From: Eledone cirrhosa
Lineage: Eukaryota
Direction: 5' to 3'
NCBI GenBank assembly: GCA_964016885.1
Contig: OZ024742.1
Span: 129,642,001-129,706,000 of the forward strand
DNA length: 64,000 nt
A program made the translations under genes and the position numbers. Position 1 is the first letter of the stretch; every line of letters starts with the position of its first letter. Of the stretch, positions 51,140-64,000 are shown piece by piece. The notes under the pieces were generated by a model. It did no database searches. It saw nothing but the letters and a program-made list of their open reading frames with translations, and was not told where the DNA came from.

Positions 51140-52789
51140 CTGCAGAAAGAAAGAGAAAATGAGAGAATGAAAGACATTTTTAAAAATTTGAAAAAATCCT
51201 AAAAACATTAATAAAAAGAAAAATAAAAGACATTCATTAGAAATTAATACAATATATTAATCAATTTGCCCAAACCATTTTTGGTTCTTTAACACAAACC
51301 AGCATCCATTTTATGGTGTTCAATAATTAAATTTAAATCTTTTGTGATCATATTTTAATGAAATACAAAATCCATGTTTACTGCAAATTTCCATACATGA
51401 TAATGATGATCTCTCCACTAGTAAAGACATTATGTACAAGTGAATTAAGAATTCCTTTTAAAACCATTTTTTGCTAAATCATAGCTAGATGTTGAATTAA
51501 GTTATATGTCTAACACCATACTGATTAACAAATTTAGTTTCTTTTAGTTATTTTCCCAATTTATTCAAACATTTAGTGTTGGTCAGGCTTCTGCCAGCTA
51601 CTGGTACCACGTAACTCGGTACAACCTGTTTCATTGTTGGCGACTAAACCGGTTCCCCCACCAGATCAGGGTTTGGTTGAAGAAAGTGGAACACCAGAAG
51701 CACAAAAAACAAAAGCCAAGAGCTGTTAAAAGGGCAGATGAACTCAGAGTCAATGGCCACCGGCCCCAACTATGGGTTAAATAGCCTTACATCTTGCAAT
51801 CGGCCAAGTATGATGAGTATGGCTACACCCTTGAAGACATAGCCAAAACCAAAAGCAGTGAGAAGGCACTGGATTGGATTAGATAGTGTATTTTCATTAG
51901 AAATAGTGCCATAAAAGGTTTAAGCACCAATACTTGGAAATACTTGAAGCATTTATGTTGATTTACAATTAGCTCTGAAGTGATGGTGAGTGTAATGTGA
52001 GGAGAGAATTGCAAGTGGTTGTTGGTGTTGTTTAGCTCACGTTAGCCCTGGACACAGGCATAGTTGTATGGTTAAATAGTTCACTTTATAACCATGTATA
52101 TGGAATTCAATCCCACTGTACACTCATTGTGTCCTCTACTGATGGCCTTCCCAAACATTTTAATTCCCCTTTTTTGAAAGTATAAACATAGACAAACCAG
52201 CTTCAGCATTTGGTCATCAGAAGAAGGGAGGTATGTGTAAAAGCCAAACTCGCTATCTTCAATTTGGTATTCGTATCAATCCTTACCGATGGTTATGAAT
52301 CTTGAATAATGACCGAAAGAATACAACTGTGAATACAAGCAACTGAAATGGGTTCTCCTGAAGGGATTTTTGGTGTCACATTACTCGATAGAGTGCAGAG
52401 CTCGAAGATCAGTCTCTCTATGTAGAGTTGTTACTTCTCCGAATTGAGAGATCACAACTCTGATACTGTGGAGCTGAGGCTAGAATGTCTCAGGAAAGAA
52501 CAGCTGGACAAATTTTACATGCTAAACTAACTGGCAGGAGACCCAGCCAGATCAACTGGAAATGGTTGCTTCTGACAGGACTCACTGGAAGGTGTACTTG
52601 AGGACTTTGCCCCTCCTAACCCTCCCAGGAATAAGTGGCCCTGTGCAATATGTAGGAAATGAGTATGCATAAACTCTATACAATGTATACAAGAAATGTA
52701 GTCAGATAACAGGTAGACTAACAGGAAAGGAAAACTTTATATGTAGAAGATACACAGGGGTAACCAATGGAAAAGTGTCAGTAATATAA

Positions 52790-53400
52790 ATTTTTTCAAG
52801 TCACAGGAAGGGTCCATAGAAGTGGTTGATAGTTTCTGCTTAATTAGTAGTAGTGGAGGGTGCTCTAAGTGCATAATAGCTAGAATAAAGATAGGATGGA
52901 AGAAGTTTAGAGAGCTATTCCCACTGTTCTCAACAAAATGTTTCTCCCTATGTACAAAAAGATGATTGTATGATGCCTGTGTGCGAAGTGTGAAGTTAAA
53001 TGGTAGTGAAACATGGGTAGTGCCCGCAGATGACATACGTAGACTGGAAAGAAATGAAGCAGTTGTGCTTCATTGGATGTGCAATGTAAATGAGAGAAAG
53101 GCAGAGCTTGGATGAAATTGAAGAGAAGCTGAGTTTAAGAGGAATCCGAGGTAATGTGTAGGAGAGAAGACTGCATTGGTACAGACATGTGATGCGCATG
53201 AATGATGATTGATGGGTGAAAAAGTGCCAGTAGAAGTAGACCAAGAAAGACCTAGACAGAGGTGGTGAGAGCTGACCTCAAATCGCTGAGAGTCAGAGAT
53301 GATATCAAAGGAACGCAGTGTGGAGAGATGCTGTGCTGAGAAGGTCCCATCCAATCCATCCAAGCATGGAAAAACACACGTAAAAATGATGATGATGATG
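52790..53400 (+). mobile_element. Decayed RTE 3' fragment (intronic)
   Basis: GWKKFRELFP, LYDACVRS, WYRHVMRM, (GAT)n tail. Confidence 0.85.
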
Positions 53401-56253
53401 ACATACACACACACACACACACACACAGCATTTCCTATCTTACTCATGTTGCTACACTCATCAACCATAATGATATACCATGTATGTTTGTATAATTATT
53501 TATCACTATCTCTGTCTGTAATTCTTTAAAATTTACACACAATACATTTCCTACCACATCATATTGCTACAATAAAAATGTTTGTTTTCAAATCTCAAGG
53601 TGCTACTTCTAATTCTATATTTTCCCCCAGAACTCCGAGTAAATATGGTATAACAATCCTGGACTCCAAAATTTAAATGTGCTCAATGCTATTGCCTAAA
53701 GGTACAAAGCCAAAAGTTCTTGTTTGCCTACTTATTCATGGTAGCAGAGTCCTGAAGCATGCCTTCTTGCAAGCCCTGTCAGAAGCAAATGTCTCCAATT
53801 GATCTGGCTGGATGACAAGCAAAACCAGCTGAGCTCATGGATGTTAACCAACCATCTTGCTCGAGGTCTACCTTTGGGTCTCTTGCTGGTTGGTTTTTAC
53901 CCATAAAATCTGTCCAGCAATGTTTTCCTTAAACAGTTCTAAGGAATTGTGATCTTTCTATTTGGAGACATAGTGGCTCTACCTAGAGCAACTCCTTAAT
54001 TTCCACTCACTTTATCGAGTAATGTTACTCCAAAGACCTTTCAGAGAAGCCCCATTTTGATTGCTTGTAGTTATGATTGCATTCTTTTTTCTTTTTTGTT
54101 ATTACCCAAAGTTCATGACCATAAGTAAGGGTTGATATGAATAGTGAATGCTAAAGCTGACCACAAGTTTTACTAAATAAAATAAAAAAATATCAAGTGT
54201 ACACTTTCATTCTTATTCAACATTGTTCTTCCTTAATTACATCCAACTCATAAAAACTACATTAACCCTTGCAGTACCATATTTCTAAAGAAAGACACTT
54301 CCTATGGTTTTCAGATAATTTTGAAAATAATCAAGACTGCTGAGGAATTTAGTAAAATAACTTTTTCATTCTTAAGCTGGTGTTTAGAACATATATTAAT
54401 GAAATTTTCTTAAATAAAATTATGATGGATGGTTTCAATTTCAATATGAATAATTCATATCATAGGACAAGGGGCAGTTTCAGGCGATTTGATATCAGAA
54501 GGGTTCTCAACCATGTAATGATGAAAAGCAAAGCTAACCTCAGCAGGATTTGAACTCAGAACATAAAGGTCATAACTAATTGCTTGCAAAACATATTGAC
54601 CAATGTTCTACCAATATTGCTAATCCAATAATAATAAATAGATGAAATTGTTTTGAATTCCATAAATTGTTTGCATGTTTTACAGACAAAATAACATTAC
54701 TAAAGTGTGTCAATAAATAACCCAAGGGAAACTAATGTCATTAAGAAAATATGAAAGAGTATTTTTAGTTCTTCCTAGTTCTTATCTATTCTAACACTAA
54801 TGAAGCAGAACAATGTTATCATTTTTGAGAGACTTGCACATACACAAACATATTTTCTCCTTTCCTCCTCCTCTCTCCATCTATATCATCATCATCATTG
54901 TCACCATTTAATGTCTATTTTCCACACTTGAATGAACTAGAGAGTCAGTCATGAAGAGAAACCACACTACTCAAATGACCATATATGCTCTGATTTGGAT
55001 CTGGTTTCTATGGATGGATGCTCTTCCTAATGCCAACCACTTTACTCCATGTATGTGTTCATGAAACTACACTGACTTGTTAGGTGTGTGTGTGCACATG
55101 AATAAAATATTTTATATTCTATGCAACACAATTGGACTGAGTGCTCAACCTATTTGGATATTTATTATGAAATTAAAGTACAATATATATCAGAGATAAA
55201 GAGATTAATGTAGGGTCATATGTTTATAGGTATATAAAGGTATATAAACTACAACAAACATTTACTGATGGAGGTAACTCCAGTTATGTAGTAAGAGTTG
55301 TATTATATATCCTTACGGGGTCGATAAAATAAAGTACCAGTAATGCACTGGGTAATTGCTGGCCTTGTGCCAAAAGTAGAAACAATTATATATATCTCAT
55401 TCGGTGACGGTGTTTAGCCAGGTGCATTGGTAAAACTACACTATTGCTATCATCATCATTACCATAATCACAATTTTGTGCCTATTTTATGGATGAGTTC
55501 GACGGTGTGTCACATTCTGAGACTAGACAGGTCAGATGACTGGGTCTGGCTCGTGTTCAATTTTGCCATGTTTTTTATGACCAGATGCCCTTCTTAACAT
55601 CAACCACTTTACAGAGATCAATAAAATATGTACCAGACTTAAAACAAAAACGTTCTGGGGTTGATATGATCGACTAAATCAAGGTGGTGTCCTAGCATGG
55701 CAGCAGTTTAATGACTGAAACCAGTAAAAGAATAAAAGAATGCACATATGTATATACATATCTACACACACATACATGCTGCTATATCATGCTAACTAGC
55801 TGCATACATTCTCTAATCAACCATCCACCACCAGTGCCCACTCACCCACTCATAGAAAGAAACAGGCTTGACTTTCCTCCTCATTACACAAATATGTGGC
55901 ACTTTTGTGATGTCACACTGAAGACTTTGCCCAAACATTCCTCTCCAAAGCTGCAACTAACTGGAATTTCCTTCCAGCTAACATTTTTCTATCAGACAAA
56001 TAAACATGCAGGTGCTTCAGCTGAACATCAACTGCATCAGCTTATTTTACACACATGCATGCACATATATCAAAGTGTGTCACTAGTTCAATGCAGTTAT
56101 GATGGTGAGGATGACAAGGGAGCAGATACTGCAGAGATTTTTAGCATGAAATCACAAGCCAACACTATGTACATTCATATATGCACACCATATACCACCA
56201 TGCATAGTAGTGGTGTATGAACACACACACATTCATATATATGGTTGTGTGTG

Positions 56254-56298
<45 letters not shown>

Positions 56299-57329
56299 AT
56301 ATATATATGTTTGTGTGTGTATAGATACCTTATGCATGTGCGTGTATTTGAATTTGTGTGCAAAATAAATTGAAGAAACCAGTTACACTTGGTTTACTTT
56401 TGAGTATTTGTTCATGCCATATTGTATCACTTCAGTACAGTAATTTTTAAGTAGAGTAATATTCATTTTTACTTTTGAAAAAAACTTGATATACCTCTTA
56501 TTATACCCGTGTCACGTATACACCGTAATGAACCAATCTTGTAAAATATAAATTACCATGCAAAACTCAAGTGGGTGTAATACTTCTAAATTAACATTGA
56601 TACACATAAAATCAGAGAAAATATGGAGAAAACATTAAGTATTAGGGTGGAGAGTGAATATCTCACAGTGACATTTGCCAACCTATCAAGCCATTCAATT
56701 TATTTAACCCTTCCATTGCCATATTTCTAATAAATGACACTGACAATGATTTTCAAATAATCTTTTTTTAAATCATCAAGAATCTGAAGAGATTCAATGC
56801 TGCTGGTCATTCTTCAAATTTGGATCTACTTCAAATGTATCCAAGCCATTTTCATTCCACTAAATACAACTTTATTACTACAAACTATGCATGAAGGAGT
56901 TATCTCTGTTTTCAGGGCAACAAGAATTTTAAGGTAATCTTTCCTGCCCAAAACAGAAGTTAATCTTGTGGATCTTGTAACAATCATCTCCATTTTCCTC
57001 TATCATCTGCATACTACCTCATCAACATTCATTTCCTCTGCCATCATCTCTGGCTATGTCTTTCTTTGTCTTGTCTTCCTCTACTTCCTTCCACATTCAT
57101 TTCCATCACTCTTCTCCCAATCACTTTCATCCTTCTTCGACACATGACTCAACCATCTCATTCCATTTCTTTTCACAACATTCATCACAGGTTCTATTCT
57201 CATCACATGACCCAACTATCTCAATCCATTTCTCTTCACAACATCCATCACTAGCTCTATTCCTCTCACCCTTCCTCAACACATGACCCAGCCATCACAC
57301 TCCATTTCTCTTCACAACATTCATCACTG

Positions 57330-58005
57330 GCATCATCATCATCATCATCATCATCATCGTCGTTTAACGTCCATGTTCCACGCTTGCATGGGTTTGGACG
57401 GGGGTTTTCCCACTTGAGGCAAGAGTGGTTGTCTTGCTCGCATAGGACTGTCTGGCGGGTTTTCTACAGCTGGATGCCCTTCCTAACACCAACCACATTT
57501 ACAGTGTGGGGCTGGGAGGTTTTTACCGTGTTGCCTACACGGCCACATTACAGCGTGGACTGTCTGGCGTGTTTTCTACAGTTGGATGCCCTTCCTAACA
57601 CCAACCACATTTACAGTGTGGGACTGGGAGGTTTTTACCGTGTTGCCTACACGGCCACATTACAGCGTGGACTGTGTTTTTTGTCATGACACCTACACGA
57701 TCTCATTTGTTTCGGCCTGGATGTTGTGGCACCAACATAACTTTGCATTGAAAGGGGCGGTGTGGATGGGTGGGGGTGGTGGGACGGGGGTGTATTTTGT
57801 TAGAGATGCCTACTGACTGTAGTAGGTTTTACTTTGTATTTAGGTAAGGCGGGTCTTCTCTGTTACTGAGTACCGCCAAAGGTCTCGGTCCAGTGACATT
57901 GTCTTGGAGAGGTGTAAGTGTGTGAAGTCGGAATTTATCAGCTCGTCCCAGGTTTTTCTGGGTCTGCCTACTCCGTGGCTACCATCTATCTTTATTGCCC
58001 TGCAA
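57330..58005 (-). mobile_element. RTE 3' end and UTR with an approximately 110-bp tandem duplication
   Basis: Matches 15730-16293 reversed; 57446-57556 is repeated at about 57557-57669. Confidence 0.88.
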
Positions 58006-58853
58006 TCTTCTGCAATTCATTCTTTGTCTTCCTCTCTCTCTCAGCGATACTCCACTCATCCACTGGACTTCTCATTTATCCCCTTCTCCATTGTTCCTTA
58101 TGCCTTGCTCCCATCAATCATGGCACTTCTCATACATGTAGCATACACTTTTCCCCTTCAGTTCCAACGCTGCTCTCCTCCTCATTAGCACACCAATTAC
58201 TTCCTGAAACATCTATGCCCAGCCCACAAATTAGATGTCAATTTGGAGTTTGGACAAAATTTTGTCCAAATTTAGTTCAGAAAGAATTGAAGGACCATAC
58301 AAGAGAGGATGAAACAGTAATAGCCTTGTTGAAATGGCACATTAAATGGGAATTGAAAAAGACCTTAGAGATTTAACAGAACCACTAATGTCTATTTGAG
58401 ATAGTGAAGAAGAGACTCTTGTATGACTAGTTTAAACAACAGAGAGATCTTATCTAAAACACTTAGTAAAATATTTTGTTTTTGAGTGACTTTCAGAATA
58501 TGATACAGATTTTGAATGAAGTATGAAAGATAAAGATCTGTAATGGTAAAGCTGAATTGTTATGGGGAAGAATTAAAGGTACATAAAGAGAAGGCAAAGC
58601 AGTAAACCATTGATGCCCTTTTTTAAAAATAAAAATAAAAATCTAACAGACAGAAACTGCGATACCAGATTTATTTTTATTGTTTCATATTCTCATTTCT
58701 TGCAGAAACTTTATTCAAAGGCTTTTTTCTATAGAAAGTGAATACATTTTTTGATTGAATTACATATAATTTTGTTCAAAGGAACTATTCTATATACATA
58801 GCAACATTGTACGTGTGTGGTGTTTTTAAATATATATTTCTTTCAATAATTAA

Positions 58854-59073
58854 CCCTTTAGTGTTCAAACCATCCAAAACCGGCCAGAATTCTCTACATA
58901 TCTCTGTTGAAACTGGCTGTAACTGGTCGCTCAAAATGATGTTAAGGTATTGTTCTCAAAATAAATACTTTCAAAATCTCATAGATTCGATATTATGTGA
59001 GATAATTATGTGAGGTAAAGCCTTTACCATGAAAATATAATAGTATATATAGAGTAATGTGAATGCTAAAGGG
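58854..59073. mobile_element. TTAA-flanked piggyBac-type MITE
   Basis: TTAA-CCCTTTAGTGTTCA ... TGAATGCTAAAGGG-TTAA; inverse of 17142-17362. Confidence 0.78.
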
Positions 59074-59344
59074 TTAAAAGATTTTATTTGCATAAAAACT
59101 GTTTTAACTTCCTCTGATAGTAAAGTAAAATATGTTTAACATAACTTGCTTAACCAAGGTCTTGGCACACACACATACAATCATCGGCATCATTTTGTGT
59201 TCGTTTTCCATGGTGGCATGGGTTGGATGCGTTTTCATGGCTAAGACCAGATGGGTCGGAGTGACCTCATCTTGCCCATTATATTCCATATATAACATGG
59301 TTTCTACAGCTGGAAGCCCTTCCTAACATGAGCCACTTCATGAC

Positions 59345-59672
59345 ATGTACTGGGTGCTTTTTATCATGGCTCTAACACTACCACCTGAAAGTGTGGACTG
59401 AGTGCTTCTTATCATCCCACCAACATTACCACCTGACAGAGTGGATAGGGTGTTTCTTATCGTGGCACCAACATTACCACATTATAGATTGGACTAGGTA
59501 CATTTTATCATGGCACCAGCACTACCATCTGATAGAGTGGGCTGGGTGTTTTTTATCGTGTCACCAACTCTACCACCGGACAGAGTGGACTGGGTGCTTT
59601 CTATCATGGCACCAGCACTACCACTTTACAGTGTGAGATGAGGGCATTTTATCATACCATCAGCGCTACCAT
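59345..59672. repeat. 48-bp minisatellite, about 7 units, derived from an RTE/SINE-tail segment
   Basis: Unit GAGTGGACTGGGTGCTTT.TATCATGGCACCAGCACTACCACCTGACA, with the CTGGGTG phase recurring at 59350, 59398, 59446, 59494, 59542 and 59590. Confidence 0.88.
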
Positions 59673-60394
59673 TTTTCAAAACTAGGGTGCTCATTGTGTT
59701 GTATTCAGTTGGGCCAGGAAGGGAGTGAGAATGGGTGCTGGTGCAAGCTACATGTTGCTTGCTGAGGGAGGGAGTGAAAGGTGGCCTTAAAGAGTGATGT
59801 CCTTCAAACTATACCCCAGTCCTCTCAGTAAAACAACCAACCTGCTCCAATTATTGGTATGAGGTTGACAGACATCATCAGGCTGCAGCTGTCATATTAT
59901 GTAGTTTCTATGCATCATTACGATCCTCCTCATCATTTGCCTATCTACTTTTTCATACTGGTTTTGTTGGATGGTACTTTTTAAGGCAGTGTTTTATGGC
60001 TAGATGTACTTTCTGATGCTATTCTTTTTAGTTACTTCTAATGACATCCAGACACATAGTGTATTATATATATGTAGAAATATTAATATTTATGTACGTG
60101 TGTATATACATATTATTGTATATGTGTGTGTATGAATATATATATAAAAAAGAGGGTGTGGTAAGATACCAGGTGGTCCAGGCTACTTGATACTTGAGTG
60201 GGTAATATGAAAAGATTCGGATCTAGCTGTCGAACCGACTGGAGCTCAGCCGTCGAGGTCCTGAATCTTTTCATATATATATGTGTGTGTGTGTATAAAA
60301 GATCTGCCCACCTGGAGAAGTATTGTGACACTAAAATTAAATGTGCTGATAGAACTACAGTGCTAGCAACTGAATACACACACATGCATACAAA

Positions 60395-60582
60395 TAATTG
60401 TTTCTACTTTAGGCACAAGGCCAGCAATTATCCAGTGCATTACTGGTACTTTATTTTATCGACCCCGTAAGGATGAAAGGCAAAGTCAACCTCGGCGGGA
60501 TTTGAACTCAGATCGTAAAGGGACGTAACTATGCTGGAAACATGGCGTCCGACCCTCTAACGATACTGCCAATCCACCGCCC
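60395..60582 (-). mobile_element. Nin-like SINE
   Basis: Full copy; another at 61068-61243. Confidence 0.85.
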
Positions 60583-62457
60583 TATGCATACAAATAATGA
60601 CTGAAAGAAGTAAAAGAAGTAAAGTGTGCATGTGTATATATGCCAAAGAAATGGGGCTGAGAGTAATCTTCAGTTGTATCAATGCCATGACAACCTTCTT
60701 AGTGTTGGTGTCATGATAAAACGCACCCAATGTACTCTGCAAAGTGGCTGGTGATGCAAAGGGCATACAGCCAAAGACAAGTTGCCAAACAAAGTGTCGA
60801 AAGGACTCTTCAGTCATGTCAAAGACATGACAACCTTCTTAGTGCTGGTGCCATGATAAAATACACCCAGTACACTAGAGTTAGAAGCTTCAATTCATAT
60901 TTTTTTTACTATGAAAATGTCCCTGGAAAGAAAAAAGTTCACAGCGTCACCTGTTGGCGAACTCTAGGGTGATTTTCAATCAGTTCAAAGTTTCTAAAAA
61001 TAGATCATTGTTCACATTCTGGTCGATTGATAAGACTTCAAAATAATTGTTTCTACTTTTATAATAATAATTGTTTCTACTTTTGGCACAAGGCCAGCAA
61101 TTATCCAGTGTATTACTGGTACTTTATTTTATCAACCCCGTAAGGATGAAAGGTTAAAAGTTAACCTCGGCGGGATTTGAACCCAGAATGGCAAGGGCCG
61201 TAACTCTATGCGTCAATGCATGGCGTCCGACACTCTACCGATATAATGGAAAATTGTCAGCCTCGCTTTGGTGCATCAGGCAGATGTGAGTTCAACTCCT
61301 ACAGGTGATGCTGTCAATTTTTTTTTCACCCAGGGATTTTTATGCCCAATTTGTTAGACTACTTTCTATAGTTAAAAAAAAAAAGGGGGGGGGGGCGTGA
61401 ACATTCTAATTTTCGGTTAATTTTTAATAAATACATATCCACTTAATATTTCTAAAAATAGATAATATATATATATGAAGGACTAGCATCCAGCTATTTC
61501 AAGCATTAAACTAATATATTCCGTCCATGTACTGTACCATTTGCTTTGTTATTTCCGTTTACCTTTTATATATATATGTATATAGATAGATAGATGGTGT
61601 AATAATTTGCTCGAAGGATTGTGGTTATGAAAAGGAAAAGTGGGTATGTATAGGAAGCCATACAATACAAGTGAGTTACAATTACCAAGGTAACAAGTCA
61701 GAAGGGAATTGAGAGAGATGGGGTAGAAAGCAAAAAAGTGAGAGAAGGAAAATAAATATATCATCATCATCATCGTTTAACATCTATCTTCCACGCTAGC
61801 ATGGGTTTAGCCAGGAGTTGTCCCACTTGAGGCAAGATTGGTTGTCTTGCTCATATAGGACTGTCTGGCAGGTTTTCTACGGCTGGATGCGCTTCCTAAC
61901 ACCAACCACGTTTACAGTGTGGACTGGGACGTTTTTACCGTGTTATATATATAATAGAAGTATGGTAAGTCAAGTTGCTGAGAGACACTTAACCCTTCTG
62001 TTATCGAACCGCCTAAAAAATTTCCTGTATATTTTAAAGTGTTTATATTTATCTAAAAAGCTTCTATCATAATTCTATGTTCCAAATTCCAGATAAATAT
62101 TGAGAAAGTTAGTTATATTACTAAATCCCTCCCTCCAAATTCTTAATTATCTTGAAAATGATTTGAAAATAATATGCTATGTTTTTCATTAGAAATATGA
62201 TATTGAAAGAGTTAAATGCACTAAGGGCATTTAAGTTCAGTGTTCCACTATTTCTGCTAATATATCAACTGTAAGCAATATTACGGAGATTAATGCAATA
62301 GTAAAGTGTAATGCAGTATTTCATATTTCCTGTATTCTCCATAACAATTCAATGAAGTCATAATATGCAGGATATGCATACTTGAATACTTAACTTGATT
62401 CAGTGTGACTATATAGAGAAAGAATTTTTACTGAAGTTACATATACACCCACAGCCA

Positions 62458-62614
62458 TGAGAGAGGGGGGGGGGGGCAGAAAGAAGAGAGAGGAGAAAGA
62501 GGAAAGAGAGAGAGGACAGAGGGAGAGAGGAGAAAGAGGAAAGAGAGAGGGGGGAGAGAGAGAGAGAGGAAGAGAGAGGGGACAGAGGGAGAGAGAGAGA
62601 AGAGAGAGAAAGAG

Positions 62615-62652
<38 letters not shown>

Positions 62653-62738
62653 GAAGAGAGAAGAAGAGAGAGAGAGAAAGAGAGAAGAAGAGAGAGAGAG
62701 AGAGAAAGAGAGGAGGAGAGAGGGAGAGAGAGAAGGGA
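62458..62738 (+). repeat. (GA)n polypurine tract
   Basis: Seen directly. Confidence 0.95.
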
Positions 62739-63184
62739 GTTAGGTTTCATACAAACAAATAGAGATGAAGATGATGTACATTAAGAACTTTGGAATATCC
62801 CAACCTTTGCTAGCAGGGAAAACAACATTAAATGCTGCTACTACTGATGGTGATGATTCCTAAATTATCTACCATTGTCCAAGTCCATTTGAAAGCTGAC
62901 CAACGAATCCACTGCTTACACAATATATAGTATTGTGGAGATATTGATTAACATTCGAAATTCTGAAGCACTAAAGCTAAAAAGTGATAAAGATCGTTAG
63001 CCACATAAACATATCATGCTTTATTCTGAGCAATCCGATTTAGATCTTGCTACAATGAAGAAAGAAAAGAGTTGGTTCTTATCAAGAAATTCTGCAACTA
63101 CTTTTGTTGATATTGACAAATGGTAATCACAAAACAATATAATATGTAAATTTTACCATTTTCCCTCCCTCTACTCCTATAATA

Positions 63185-64000
63185 ATAATTGTTTCTACTT
63201 TTTGGCACAAGGCCAGCAATTATCCCAGTGTATTACTGGTACTTTATTTTATCGACCCCGTAAGGATGAAAGGCAAAGTTAACCTCGGTGGGATTTTAAC
63301 ACAGAATGGCAAGAGCCGTAACTCTATGCGTCAAAGCATGGCGTCCGACCTTCTACCGACACTGCCAATCCACCGCCATATAATAATAATAATGGTTTCT
63401 TATATAGGCACAAGGCCAGTAATTTTCGGGGAGGGGAATGTCGATTAAATCGACCCCAGTGCGTGACTGGTACTTTATTTTATCGACCCTGTAATTTAAC
63501 CTTGATGAAACTTGAACTCAGACCGTAACTTTATGCTGCAAAGCATGGTGTCCGACTCTCTACCGATACTGCCAATCCACCAATAATAATAATGGTTTCT
63601 GATTTAGGCACGAGGCCAGCAATTTCTTGGAGAAAGGAGGAAGTTGATTAAATCAACCCCAGTGAATTACTGGTACTTTATAATAATAGTTTCTGATTTA
63701 GGCACATGTCAGCAGGAGGAAGGAGAAAGTTGATTAGATCGATGCCAATGTGTTACTGGTACTTTATTTTATTGACCTTGGAAAGGTGAAAGGCAAAACT
63801 GACCCAGCAGGATTACTTTGCCTTTCAACTTTCCGAGGTTGATAAAACAAAGTAGCAATCAAGTATTAGGATCAATATAATCGACTTTCTTCTTCCCCCA
63901 AATTGCTGGCCTTTTGCCAAAGTGAAAGACCAATAATTATTTCTGGCCAACAATTTGAAGGGAAGGGGAAAGTTGATTAAATTGACCCCACTGCATTTAC
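63185..64000 (-). mobile_element. Head-to-tail cluster of Nin-like SINEs, including one inverted copy (about 63815-63940)
   Basis: Repeated GGCACAAGGCCAG..GGTACTTTATTTTATCGACCCC units separated by (AAT)n. Confidence 0.82.

Noticed and set aside
51140-51177. N-terminal MSFILSFSLSFC of the 213-aa ORF
   Set aside because: It is the intron polypyrimidine tract upstream of the splice acceptor.
51570-51850. Structured GC-richer stretch, possible LINE 5' UTR or HDV-like ribozyme (also 23830-23940)
   Set aside because: I could not assemble a nested double pseudoknot by eye; needs a motif search.
55711-56220. 169-aa plus-strand ORF
   Set aside because: Starts in a SINE tail, includes microsatellite, has no recognisable domain, and is antisense within the HS6ST intron.
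59345-59672. CRISPR-like regular repeat
   Set aside because: Contiguous tandem units without unique spacers, eukaryotic context, no cas genes.
61455-61570. Hammerhead-like AAGCA..TGCTT-GAAATAGCT on the minus strand (also 19460-19500, 55266-55290)
   Set aside because: CUGANGA or GAAA/UH is missing; too degraded to call.
62409-62762. RE-rich and SL-rich ORFs
   Set aside because: Translations of the (GA)n tract.

Overview
AT-rich, repeat-dense animal genomic DNA. The mix of SINEs, RTE LINEs and microsatellites looks octopus/cephalopod-like (inference). Only one host gene segment is recognisable: the terminal coding exon of heparan-sulfate 6-O-sulfotransferase (HS6ST, minus strand, 50536-51139), with a long upstream intron running out of the window. 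The rest is mobile DNA: RTE-clade LINE copies carrying a PHD finger inside the RT region, a Tx1-clade LINE next to a (CTAC)n tract, a CRE-like RLE fragment, a Penelope-like GIY-YIG fragment, a Tc1/mariner fossil, hAT-, piggyBac- and mariner-type MITEs, two tRNA-derived SINE types, a 1.5-kb pentamer satellite and very long (TA)n/(TACA)n arrays. The most notable signal is not in the ORF track. At least six non-coding elements with no sequence similarity obvious by eye, most fold-back or tandem and all beside (TA)n tracts, each fold into a minimal type-I hammerhead ribozyme: stem I, CUGANGA, an often very long branched stem II, GAAA, a short usually palindromic stem III, then UH. This is the architecture of Penelope pseudo-LTRs and non-LTR retrozymes. 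All folds were derived by eye and none has been tested.
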